IMG/VR virus record: IMGVR_UViG_3300047669_001912
Span: 1 to 32,775 of that record
DNA from: a virus
Taxonomy: Duplodnaviria; Caudoviricetes
Length of the DNA: 32,775 nucleotides
Reading direction: 5' to 3' (one strand)
Shown here: positions 1-9,045 of the stretch, in pieces
How positions within the stretch are numbered: position 1 is the first letter of the stretch
Layout: each line of letters begins with the position of its first letter
The notes under the pieces: generated by a model
Databases searched by the model: none
Told to the model about the DNA's origin: nothing
The model's input: the letters and a program-made list of their open reading frames with translations, nothing else
Program-made: the position numbers and the translations under genes

Positions 1-15
1 AATATAAGGAATAAC

Positions 16-1041
16 ATGAGTAAAGCCCGAAATATGGCGTCATTTAAACGTAGTGACGGTACACTGAATTCGAACATCTATTCTAGAAAAGCTTCACCAT
101 CATTTTCAGGTACACCCACAGGTATTAGTGCTTCTCATATAACTACTGGAGTATTACCTGTTGGAGTTACTGGTGGTTCTGGTTTAACTGCTCTAGGAAC
201 AATTGGTTCTGGTACTTTATCAAGTGGTGTTACTGGTGCTGCAGCTGTACCCGCACAATCAGGACACTCAGGTAAATATCTAACAACGAATGCAACAGCC
301 ACATCTTGGTCAACAGTTGACGCCTTACCTACACAATCAGGACAATCTGGTAAATTTTTAACAACAGATGCTACAAACGCGTCTTGGGCAACACTCTCAC
401 AAGCAAGTATTCTCACTCAAAGTATGGCGGGTGGAAATAGAAACAGTCTTGAGGTACGTGGTTTAGATACTAGTGCTGGTGGGGGTGGAACAGGTATTAC
501 ATCTCTTATTTCTACTCATTATTCTTTTAATTCTTCCGGTGCTGATGGGGGTGGTAAACTTCTATTACGTAGAAGTAGAGACACCGTTTACTTGAACAAC
601 GATGCTGTTATGGCGAATGATTGTTTAGGTAAAGTAGTGTTTGGGGGTTCAGATTATACAGCATGGCAGGAAGGACCGGAGATTAGAGGTGTGGCACATC
701 AAGCTTGGAATAGTAGTAGTGTACAAGGTTCTTTTTTGTCATTCCATACTAAAGATGATGGTACATCAACACTTGATGAACGGATGCGAATTGATCATAA
801 TGGTAACGTTGGAATCGGGACAGATACTCCAACTGTTGCACTGCATGTTGTTGGTGATATTTATTGTACCGATATTAGTGTTGCGGATTTAAAAATGAGT
901 AATGAAAGACCAGGACATCCTGGGAATGATATAGATGGTACACATGGTTCATGGACGTTTCAGGAAGGAACGGAAAATATGTACCTTATAAATAGAAAGA
1001 GTGGTAAACATTTCAAAATAGTATTAGAGGAGATAGAATAA
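16..1041 (+). CDS. Tail fibre/fibre-like structural protein
   Basis: Gly/Ser/Thr-rich. Carries the ERMRIDHNGNVGIGTDTP motif and a C-terminal DLxMSNE...NDIDGTxGSWTFQEG...YLINRKSGK tail typical of marine T4-like fibre proteins. AAGGA SD upstream. Confidence 0.75.
   Translation: MSKARNMASFKRSDGTLNSNIYSRKASPSFSGTPTGISASHITTGVLPVGVTGGSGLTALGTIGSGTLSSGVTGAAAVPAQSGHSGKYLTTNATATSWSTVDALPTQSGQSGKFLTTDATNASWATLSQASILTQSMAGGNRNSLEVRGLDTSAGGGGTGITSLISTHYSFNSSGADGGGKLLLRRSRDTVYLNNDAVMANDCLGKVVFGGSDYTAWQEGPEIRGVAHQAWNSSSVQGSFLSFHTKDDGTSTLDERMRIDHNGNVGIGTDTPTVALHVVGDIYCTDISVADLKMSNERPGHPGNDIDGTHGSWTFQEGTENMYLINRKSGKHFKIVLEEIE
247..393 (+). repeat. Tandem 78-nt (26-aa) intragenic repeat, about 2 copies
   Basis: VPAQSGHSGKYLTTNATATSWSTVDA followed by LPTQSGQSGKFLTTDATNASWAT. 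Confidence 0.85.
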
Positions 1042-2180
1042 TGACCGTTTATTCTCGGACGCGAACAAGAACAGAACAAGGATTACCAGTACCTAGTGAG
1101 GAAACTAGGGGTGGTCTTTTAATGGCATCTAATGATGGTGCATATTGGCAATATCCAGGTAGTGCTCACTCAGCACTAGCATCAGGATGGAGGTATAGGT
1201 CAATATACACACATGGATATCTAGCAGCAGGTTATAAAGGTTCTAATGCATGGCGAGCTGTAAACAAAACATGGCATCAAACAGATACCACGTTATATTG
1301 TGGCGAACAGTTAGATAGAGAAGGTTCATATTTATCAGGTACATGGAGTGATCATAATGGATATATAGAGAATAATGGTCATACTCTTGCTGGTACAAAC
1401 CTATCTAGTTATAGTCTTGCTAATGGACAAACAAGAAAAATAACTACAACAGGTGGATTTTCATCTGCTGGGGTAACTTATGGATATGTAGGGTATAATC
1501 CACTAGCAGACGGATTAGTTTATGGTACTGCAGGATACGTGGGTAATGTAGGTGGTTGGAATTTTAGTGTGAGTGTTCATGATTGTGCTACCGCCTCAGG
1601 AATAAAAACACAAGAAGGAATGTGGGCAGGGGGTACAACTACCACAACTACTCATTCTTTACATTTTGCTTCAGAAGTCATGTATACCGGTCCTACAGCA
1701 CCAGCTAGTGGACTAGGTACAGGTTGTCAAGGAGAAAATAAAGGTTGGTTGATGAACGCGGGTAATAACAAATACTCTTATAATTGGTCTAATCGAACAA
1801 TGGGATCAGGTGGTACTTGGACGTATGGAACAGATGGACAATGTAAGGCGATTTCTTCTAAACACGGTCATCATTATGTAGGAACTGGTAGTAACGTGTC
1901 TCCAGGCCAAAATAAATTTGCCGATAGCAATGGAGCTCATATGTCATCCCCAGCTAAACATCATACAAATGGTGAAGAAAATCAAGAAGATGGTCAAGAT
2001 TGGGGTTATACATTGGGAGATTATAATGGACAACAAAACAATTGGACTGTAAAATATACATATTCAACTGATGCACAGACTGCACTAGGGGCGGCGGCTA
2101 TGCCTAAAGGGCATTATGGACAATCATCTGGTTTTTGTAGTACAGCTGCAGCATCTGTGTGTGATGTGGGGGTAAGTTAA
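1041..2180 (+). CDS. Gly-rich Kelch-like beta-propeller protein, putative tail adhesin/virion protein
   Basis: Recurrent G-aromatic-x-x-G blades (HGYLAAGY, EGMWAGG, KGWLMNAG, HHYVGTG, WGYTLGDY), each followed by strand-like segments. Start overlaps the fibre gene stop (TAATG). Confidence 0.55.
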   Translation: MTVYSRTRTRTEQGLPVPSEETRGGLLMASNDGAYWQYPGSAHSALASGWRYRSIYTHGYLAAGYKGSNAWRAVNKTWHQTDTTLYCGEQLDREGSYLSGTWSDHNGYIENNGHTLAGTNLSSYSLANGQTRKITTTGGFSSAGVTYGYVGYNPLADGLVYGTAGYVGNVGGWNFSVSVHDCATASGIKTQEGMWAGGTTTTTTHSLHFASEVMYTGPTAPASGLGTGCQGENKGWLMNAGNNKYSYNWSNRTMGSGGTWTYGTDGQCKAISSKHGHHYVGTGSNVSPGQNKFADSNGAHMSSPAKHHTNGEENQEDGQDWGYTLGDYNGQQNNWTVKYTYSTDAQTALGAAAMPKGHYGQSSGFCSTAAASVCDVGVS

Positions 2181-3166
2181 TGTCAATTCCTGATTTTGAA
2201 CCGGTGATTACTCTACCAGTAATTAAGGAGGGGCCAAAAACTACTACAACAAAAATAAGATATATTATAATTCCTGAAGGAGATATTAAGGAATATGAAT
2301 CAGGAGGTGGTTTTAATGATAAGAATTTTTATTGCGAGCAACATTATAATTTAATGGGGTTGAGTACGATAGCAATAAGTGATTCTTATTTAGAAACCAT
2401 TAGACCAATTTTAGGTAGGTCTTTCGAAGAAATAACAGAGGAAGAATTTTATTTTGGTACTGCACATTTTGGTGAAATACGAGATTCCGTTAAAGTTATG
2501 AAACAAGAAACTGGTGTTATTTGGGATTGGACTCCCGCACTACCTGAGGAAGTGTTTAAAAGTGCAGTAGATTTTTCTCAAGACATGAAAGATTTTACTT
2601 TATCATTTATGAAAAAATATGCAAAAGAAATTATAGAAAATGAATATAGTAAAAAATTAAAGTTTATTAAAAATGTATCTGAATTGGAAGCTGCAACCTG
2701 GGAAATTCAAAAACATGAAGCACGAGAATGGTTAACTTATGGGGCAGACGATCCTGCTCATATAACTCCGTTTTTAGATTATATTGCAACAGAAAGAAGT
2801 TTTGATAAAACCACATTATCAAATAAGATATTAGAAAAGGCGGAAGAATATCAAGATAGACTTTCTACTCTGTTAGTTGACTCCCAAAAACTATTAAAAA
2901 AAGCAGAATCATGTACAACAATATGGGATTTAAACATTATATATGAAGATTATTTTGGTATAATGATGCCGTCTGACCAAGCAGTAACATTAAAACGTTT
3001 GGATTCTGGTATAAAAGAAGATGGTGGAATTGATTACAATAGAAAAGGTTTACGAATGGCATTTTTTAATTCAGAGACAAATGCAAAAACAACAGAAGAT
3101 GATCCAAAAGCATTTTGGAAACCAGATCCTATTAATCCCTACTTGGGCAATAAATTAAATTTTTAA
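2180..3166 (+). CDS. Tail-fibre assembly chaperone-like protein (DUF4376-like helical domain)
   Basis: ELEAATWEIQKHEAREW...TPFLDYIATERS...LSNKILEKAEEY resembles the E..TW..Q..EA..W...TP.L..IA..R pattern of fibre-adjacent assembly proteins. Confidence 0.5.
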   Translation: MSIPDFEPVITLPVIKEGPKTTTTKIRYIIIPEGDIKEYESGGGFNDKNFYCEQHYNLMGLSTIAISDSYLETIRPILGRSFEEITEEEFYFGTAHFGEIRDSVKVMKQETGVIWDWTPALPEEVFKSAVDFSQDMKDFTLSFMKKYAKEIIENEYSKKLKFIKNVSELEAATWEIQKHEAREWLTYGADDPAHITPFLDYIATERSFDKTTLSNKILEKAEEYQDRLSTLLVDSQKLLKKAESCTTIWDLNIIYEDYFGIMMPSDQAVTLKRLDSGIKEDGGIDYNRKGLRMAFFNSETNAKTTEDDPKAFWKPDPINPYLGNKLNF

Positions 3167-4524
3167 TGTTTACAGAAATAAGTGAAAAATTAGTCCAACT
3201 ACAAAAAAAATCTAAATGTACCCCTCAACCATGCCAATCATGTTTAAAAAATCCTTGTTGTAGACATCCTGGCTATGCTACTTTAGAAAATGTAGAAAAA
3301 ATATATCTAAAATATGTAGATGGAGAACTAGTAAGAGAAGATAACATAAAATTTAAATCTAATTTAACATTTAAAGAATTTATAGAAGAATATTTTAATA
3401 TTAAAACCTCTGATACAATAGACAATTTTTGTGTATTTTTTCCCAAAACATTGGGTAATTTTGGGTGTGTGTTCAATAAAAGAAAAATTGTTGATAATAA
3501 AGACAATTTTAAAAATTGTCTACTGTGGGACGAAGATAGATTTAATAAAAATACAGCGTTTCCATTAGGTTGTATTAATAATGGTGCTTCGGTTCAAGAC
3601 AGAGAAGAATTGTTTTCAATTTATAATAAAAATTTTAGTAATAGTGTGGAAAGACTTATGAAACAAACAACTAATTTACCAGATATGTTACATGACAAAA
3701 CAGATATTGTAAGTAGCGATGTAAAAAATATAAAAGTAGATACGTGGATAAAAGATCATTTAAATTTTTCTCCAGAAGAAGAGAGAACATTAGAACTTGC
3801 CATTCAATTTGATAATGGTCAATCTGATTATACTTCTGCCAATTTTGTATCAAATACAGGAATAACACCATATAAACAAGTTCATCAATCATTTATGGAA
3901 TTGGAAACACGATATCATGCATTTAAATCCATTGTACGAAATCTAAGAGAAGCGGAAGTTCGATGCAAAATATTTGAAAGAGATATAAAAATTCAAAAAG
4001 ATGAATTAGAAAAAGAATTGATGATAATTGCATATGAAGATTTAATGTATGATGTAACTATTTTTAAACGAAAAATGACACAATGTTCACGAGAACTCAG
4101 AACATATTTAGATCTTCTTAATAAAGTAAAAGAAAAAGACTTAGCAGAATATTTAAAGGAAGACAAGGACGAAGAACGAAAATATTGGGTGGCTAGAATG
4201 TCAAAGCAAGCCGCGATGGATATTATATCATATGGTCGTATAGGTTCGGGTAATATGGATTCTATTTTGTTGATGCCAGAAGAAGATCAACTTGGTACAT
4301 TACAAGGTGCATTAAAGTTTTCTGGTTTATTGTCTTCAACAATAGGACAAATTAATAAACAAGTAGAAGGACAAGTTAATACTAAAGTATCACTTGAAGG
4401 ATTACAAATGCCAAAATTGGCAGATAGTAGAAAATTATTTGAAATAGAGTTAGAATTATATGAAAATGAAAATGAAAATATTCAGTATACCGATCAATCC
4501 AAAATTAACGGAACCTCAATTTAA
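3166..4524 (+). CDS. Fusion of an N-terminal YkgJ-like Cys-cluster domain with a conserved phage coiled-coil protein
   Basis: CQSCLKNPCC plus further Cys (GCVF, NCLLW, PLGC) in aa 1-160. Helical/coiled-coil C-part with YWVARMSKQAAMDIISYGRIGSGNMDS. Possible internal ATG at 3658. Confidence 0.55.
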   Translation: MFTEISEKLVQLQKKSKCTPQPCQSCLKNPCCRHPGYATLENVEKIYLKYVDGELVREDNIKFKSNLTFKEFIEEYFNIKTSDTIDNFCVFFPKTLGNFGCVFNKRKIVDNKDNFKNCLLWDEDRFNKNTAFPLGCINNGASVQDREELFSIYNKNFSNSVERLMKQTTNLPDMLHDKTDIVSSDVKNIKVDTWIKDHLNFSPEEERTLELAIQFDNGQSDYTSANFVSNTGITPYKQVHQSFMELETRYHAFKSIVRNLREAEVRCKIFERDIKIQKDELEKELMIIAYEDLMYDVTIFKRKMTQCSRELRTYLDLLNKVKEKDLAEYLKEDKDEERKYWVARMSKQAAMDIISYGRIGSGNMDSILLMPEEDQLGTLQGALKFSGLLSSTIGQINKQVEGQVNTKVSLEGLQMPKLADSRKLFEIELELYENENENIQYTDQSKINGTSI

Positions 4525-6112
4525 TGATTTTTTAGGTTTTTTACATACCTATAAAGATTATATACGCGACTTATATTTTACTTGTAGAATGCCACCTTTT
4601 CAACAAGATGCTATGGGTGATATTTTTAATGGTTCTCCAGATCATTTAGCTATTTTAGATAATGCTATAAACATATCAAAAGAGACAGGCATACCACTTT
4701 CTGCTACGTTTAATAATACATTAATTAGACCAGAGCAAAGTAATTTAGATTTATTCATACAAAATTTTAAACAAATTTATGATACCGGTTGTATTAAAAG
4801 TGCAACAATTCCCCACACACATTGGGTTGCTACAAAACAAATACAACATGCCTTCCCCGATTTAGAAATTAAAAATACAATATTACGAAATGTTACAGAG
4901 CCACGGGAAGTAGTTGCTCTAGGTGAAGTTGGATTTAACTATGTCAATTTAGATCGAGATTTAATGCGAGATCAAGATAAGTTAAAAGAAATGAAACGTG
5001 CTAAAGAATATGCGGGGGTTCAACTGTCATTATTAGCAAATGAGGGTTGTATAGGTAATTGTCCTATGATGGATGAACATTATGAATTTAATAATTCTAG
5101 AACAGGTGAAGTTCAATATTTTAATGATCCTATATCAAGAGTATCTTGTGAGAAATGGGATCAAGAAGATCTTGCGGTTCCATTAAAATCTGCTAATTTT
5201 CCCCCTTGGAGAGAAGATTGGGATGAATTGTTAGAGTATGTTGATGTTATTAAAATGCATGGAAGAGAATCTCCCGCGAGGTTAAATGAAACCATGCACA
5301 TAGTAAAAAATTATGCAGAAAATAAAGAAATATTATTTGATACATTTAATGATTTTATAGATGTTACAAATTTAGTAGATGCTCCTATAAATGTATGGCG
5401 TAAAAAAATAAAAACTTGTAAATTTGAATGTTGGGATTGTGGATATTGTGATAAAGTTATGAAAGCAAAAAGTGAACTTGTTATTAGTAATAAAATACGA
5501 CAAGTAACAAAAGAATTGGTCGATTCTGTTAATAAAGACATTATAATTGATATTGAAGGTTTGTCTTCTCAAAGAGTTGGTAATTTACTCAATAGTCTAG
5601 GGAGTGTTTCTACAAACTATTTGGAAATAGGATCTTATTTAGGTTTTAGTACATGTTCTGTGTTGAAAGATAATGATATCAATGTATTTTGTGTCGATAC
5701 ATGGAAAGAAAATTTACAACCATTAACTCAAGGATTAACTTTACCTGATAATTCTAAAGAAGAATTTATTAAAAATGTAAAAATATATAAAGGAAATAAT
5801 CCTGTAACAGCATATGAATGTGATTTATTTGATACAAATTTAAACGATATTAAAAATATTGATTTATTTTTTTACGATGGTCCTCATGATAGTAACTCCA
5901 TTGAAAAAGCAGTAATATATTATAAGGACTGTTTTGCAGATGAATGTATTTGTATTTTTGATGATGCTAATTTTACAGATGTTGTTATAGGGGCAAATAA
6001 GGGATTAGAACAAATCGATCATAATGTAATTTTTGAGAGAAAAATATTAAATCAAATAGAAGATGCTAGTCAATGGTGGAACGGCATATATATCGTGGTA
6101 ATTAAAAAATGA
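4460..6112 (+). CDS. U32-family (UbiU/UbiV/RlhA/TrhP-like) putative Fe-S protein fused to a class I SAM methyltransferase (Methyltransf_24-like)
   Basis: N-domain: VNLDRDLMRD, LLANEGCIGNCP, IKMHGRE (cf. U32 LKIEGR), CKFECWDCGYC. C-domain: YLEIGSYLGFST, VDTW, DLFFYDGPH, IFDD. True start may be 4466 or 4472. Confidence 0.65.
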   Translation: MKMKMKIFSIPINPKLTEPQFNDFLGFLHTYKDYIRDLYFTCRMPPFQQDAMGDIFNGSPDHLAILDNAINISKETGIPLSATFNNTLIRPEQSNLDLFIQNFKQIYDTGCIKSATIPHTHWVATKQIQHAFPDLEIKNTILRNVTEPREVVALGEVGFNYVNLDRDLMRDQDKLKEMKRAKEYAGVQLSLLANEGCIGNCPMMDEHYEFNNSRTGEVQYFNDPISRVSCEKWDQEDLAVPLKSANFPPWREDWDELLEYVDVIKMHGRESPARLNETMHIVKNYAENKEILFDTFNDFIDVTNLVDAPINVWRKKIKTCKFECWDCGYCDKVMKAKSELVISNKIRQVTKELVDSVNKDIIIDIEGLSSQRVGNLLNSLGSVSTNYLEIGSYLGFSTCSVLKDNDINVFCVDTWKENLQPLTQGLTLPDNSKEEFIKNVKIYKGNNPVTAYECDLFDTNLNDIKNIDLFFYDGPHDSNSIEKAVIYYKDCFADECICIFDDANFTDVVIGANKGLEQIDHNVIFERKILNQIEDASQWWNGIYIVVIKK

Positions 6113-6753
6113 AAATATTCCATCAATTTTTTGAAGATAGACTCATAACTTTTTTTGAAGTATCTGATAATTTTACTAATGAATTTAAGTCTCACATTTT
6201 TTCTATTGTAGATTCAAGTGGTGCTAGAGCTAACAATATGCTAGTAGGTGAAATAGAAGAAGAATATTATATTGATGTTGATGCTGTAAATGATTTCTAT
6301 GTAAATACATTTAAATCTATAATACACGCCCATCTACAACAAAATTCAAATTTACGGGTGTATGGTAACAAGGGTGATTTTAGTATTCATATTAATTCAT
6401 CTTGGGTGAATGTTATGAAAAAAAATGAATTTAATCCTGTCCATGTTCATGCAAAAAATGATTGTAATCTTGTGTATTGGATAAATGATTTTGATGGTAG
6501 TATGGAGAACTCGGCGGAAAAAAGTGAAAGAAATAATTTTTATAATTTAAAAACTCAAGAGATGGAAACTTCTAATGACTCATACAGAGGGGTTCATTGT
6601 ATATTAAGAAATAATCGTTGGTTGAATGTACCACCACGGAAAAATTTTGGTGTTATTTATGATTGGGATGTGATACATCAAGTGTATCCATTTGATGTAA
6701 ATGAGGAACGATTATCGTTTGTAATGAATATGAATGTGAATTATAATGGTTGA
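6109..6753 (+). CDS. Putative 2OG-Fe(II) oxygenase (2OG-FeII_Oxy_5-like)
   Basis: WVNVMKKNEFNPVHVH (HxH), distal IHQVYPF His, and ERLSFVMN (RxS) 2OG-binding motif. Confidence 0.75.
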   Translation: MKIFHQFFEDRLITFFEVSDNFTNEFKSHIFSIVDSSGARANNMLVGEIEEEYYIDVDAVNDFYVNTFKSIIHAHLQQNSNLRVYGNKGDFSIHINSSWVNVMKKNEFNPVHVHAKNDCNLVYWINDFDGSMENSAEKSERNNFYNLKTQEMETSNDSYRGVHCILRNNRWLNVPPRKNFGVIYDWDVIHQVYPFDVNEERLSFVMNMNVNYNG

Positions 6754-7621
6754 TATAATTTTAAATAACCAATGGTATGTGATATATCTTGCTGGTATAA
6801 TGATCATATCAGCATATGTACAACGTAATGGTCTTATATATCCCTTATTAAACAAATTAACACTATTTGTCCCTTCTAAACGTTTGTTTGTTGTGGCAAC
6901 AAGTGCTATCGCGGGTATATTACCTATTGCGGGCAGAGTTTCAATTTCTGCTGGTATCTTAGATACTATTGCACCAAAAGATGATAGACGAAAACATTAT
7001 GGTATACTTGACTATCTAAGTACACATCATTATTATCTCTGGTCTCCTTTTGAAAAATCTGTTATTATTCCAATGGCGGTTCTAAGTTTATCGTATGTAG
7101 AATTCATGCAATTAATGTGGCCATTGACTATAATTGCTATTGTTATTCCATTTGTTTTAATATTCACGTTACTTAAAGAAGATGATGTAATTATTCAGAC
7201 ACAAAAAGAAGAACGGATAAAAGTTGAATGGATAAATTGGAAGTTACTAGCAACAGTTGCAGTAATTATTATATTGGGTAATTTTGTACGAGAACATACA
7301 GACACAATAAAATCTTACTTAGAAAATAACAATTGGTCTATTGTTTCAGGAGCTTGGATAGGATTTGCTGGTAGTTTTTTATTGGGATCATCTAGTCGAT
7401 TTGCTGCGTTCACTGCAATTCTTACAAGTATTTTTGGTATAGAATATCTCCCATTATTTTTTGCTATAGATTACACTGGATATATGTTAAGTCCTACTCA
7501 TAAATGCTTTGCTATAGGAAAAATGTATTTTAATACTTCACTTGTTACGTATTATACCCACATAATTTTCCTATGTTCAATGATTATTGCAGTGGCGGTT
7601 TTACTTGTATCTTTTAGATAA
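6746..7621 (+). CDS. Polytopic membrane protein, DUF401/ion-transporter-superfamily-like
   Basis: About 8-9 hydrophobic segments. GILPIAGR, HHYYLWSP and GYMLSPTHKC resemble DUF401 motifs (GLLP..GG, H...WP, G.MLSP.H.C). Confidence 0.55.
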   Translation: MVDIILNNQWYVIYLAGIMIISAYVQRNGLIYPLLNKLTLFVPSKRLFVVATSAIAGILPIAGRVSISAGILDTIAPKDDRRKHYGILDYLSTHHYYLWSPFEKSVIIPMAVLSLSYVEFMQLMWPLTIIAIVIPFVLIFTLLKEDDVIIQTQKEERIKVEWINWKLLATVAVIIILGNFVREHTDTIKSYLENNNWSIVSGAWIGFAGSFLLGSSSRFAAFTAILTSIFGIEYLPLFFAIDYTGYMLSPTHKCFAIGKMYFNTSLVTYYTHIIFLCSMIIAVAVLLVSFR

Positions 7622-7630
7622 TGGTGGTAT

Positions 7631-7638
7631 TATAAATA
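7631..7638 (+). promoter_or_regulatory. T4-type late promoter TATAAATA
   Basis: Exact gp55 consensus in the intergenic gap before the neck genes. Confidence 0.8.
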
Positions 7639-7684
7639 GTTATAGAAATACCAACTAAACTATACTATTACAAGGAGAAATATT

Positions 7685-8026
7685 GTGGCGTTAACCCTCC
7701 AAAAACAAACTCTTAATTTTGTGTTAGATCAAGGCTGCACTTTTTCCAAAGTTGTTGTCGCTAAAGATTCAGCATCAGTAAACGTAGCTATTTCATCTGG
7801 TACTGCTACTGCTAAAATGCGACAATCATATCATTCAGCAAATAATATATATAGTTTCACTGCAGGAATTGCGGGATCTAATGTAACAATCTCCATGACC
7901 TCTACCCAAACTTCAGCTATTCCAGCCGGGAATTATGTATATGATATTGAATATACACAATCAGGTGGAGATATAGAACGAGTAGTAGAAGGTCTTATCA
8001 CAGTTTCGCCGGAGGCAACAAAATAA
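7685..8026 (+). CDS. Small beta-sandwich virion protein upstream of gp13
   Basis: GTG start after AAGGAG. DQGxTF...A.MR....YVYDIE...RVVEG.ITV.P pattern common in marine T4-like phages. Confidence 0.65.
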   Translation: MALTLQKQTLNFVLDQGCTFSKVVVAKDSASVNVAISSGTATAKMRQSYHSANNIYSFTAGIAGSNVTISMTSTQTSAIPAGNYVYDIEYTQSGGDIERVVEGLITVSPEATK

Positions 8027-9039
8027 TGGCACAGCCAACTACTAAAGCAACTTTTAAAGATTATTGTAAACGAAAACTTGGATGGCCGGTAGTAGACCTG
8101 AATCTAGATGATGATCAAGTGGAAGATTGTATAGACGATGCTTTTCAATTTTATCAAGAATATCATTATGATGCTACAGAAAATATTTATCTTAAACACC
8201 AAGTATCCGCTTCTACTGTTAAATTAGCATCTGCTCCCACTGGTACTTTTACAGCTGGTGAATATATCACTGGTGGAACGAGTGGTGTTAGAGCAAAAGT
8301 ACATGAGTATCATAGTGCTAATACAACATTGAGATTTAAAGACCCAGAAGTTAAATATGGTGGTGATGGGAATACGTATTTCAGTAATACTACTACTACG
8401 TTTTCAACAAGTGAAACTCTCACAGGAGAAAATTCTAGTGCTACTGCAACAACCCACAGCTCTACACCAGTTGTTATAGGTGATTATGATAACAAATATA
8501 TTGCAATTGCCGAAGCTATTATTGGGGTAAGAAGAGTAATGTCTTTTTCAGATGATGTATCTAATTCTTCTATGTGGTCAGTTAAATATCAATTTGCTTT
8601 GAGTCAAGTTCAAGGTAATTTGGGGGGTATGGATCTAGTAACACATAAACTGAACCAACAACACATGTCATTAATTAATGAAATGTTTACAGGTGCGATT
8701 TTATTTAGATATAATCGACACGCAGATAAATTACATCTTGATGTTTCGTGGGGAGTAGATGTAAATGTCGATGCTTGGGTGATTGTTGAATGTGATAAAA
8801 TTCTTGATCCTACCACATATTCTGATATTTGGGGTGATATGTTTCTTAAACAATATGCTACATTATTGATAAAGAAGCAATGGGGTCAAAATTTAATTAA
8901 ATATGAAGGATTACAACTACCTGGGGGAATTTCTCTTAATGGGCGACAAATGTATGATGATGCAGTTGGTGAAATACAAGTAATAGAAGAACAAATGCAA
9001 TTACGCTATGAACTACCTGTAAATCATATGATGGGATAA
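8026..9039 (+). CDS. gp13: Neck protein gp13
   Basis: YCKRKLGWPVVDLNLDDDQVEDCIDDA; KKQWGQNLIKYEGLQLPGGISLNG; synteny. Confidence 0.93.
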   Translation: MAQPTTKATFKDYCKRKLGWPVVDLNLDDDQVEDCIDDAFQFYQEYHYDATENIYLKHQVSASTVKLASAPTGTFTAGEYITGGTSGVRAKVHEYHSANTTLRFKDPEVKYGGDGNTYFSNTTTTFSTSETLTGENSSATATTHSSTPVVIGDYDNKYIAIAEAIIGVRRVMSFSDDVSNSSMWSVKYQFALSQVQGNLGGMDLVTHKLNQQHMSLINEMFTGAILFRYNRHADKLHLDVSWGVDVNVDAWVIVECDKILDPTTYSDIWGDMFLKQYATLLIKKQWGQNLIKYEGLQLPGGISLNGRQMYDDAVGEIQVIEEQMQLRYELPVNHMMG

Positions 9040-9045
9040 CTCTAC

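Noticed and set aside
16-2180. Diversity-generating retroelement acting on the fibre genes
   Set aside because: No reverse transcriptase and no adenine-variant TR/VR pair in the window
4460-4480. ATGAAA x3 microrepeat as a phase-variation site
   Set aside because: A 6-nt unit preserves both overlapping frames (MKMKMK/ENENEN) and only makes the start ambiguous
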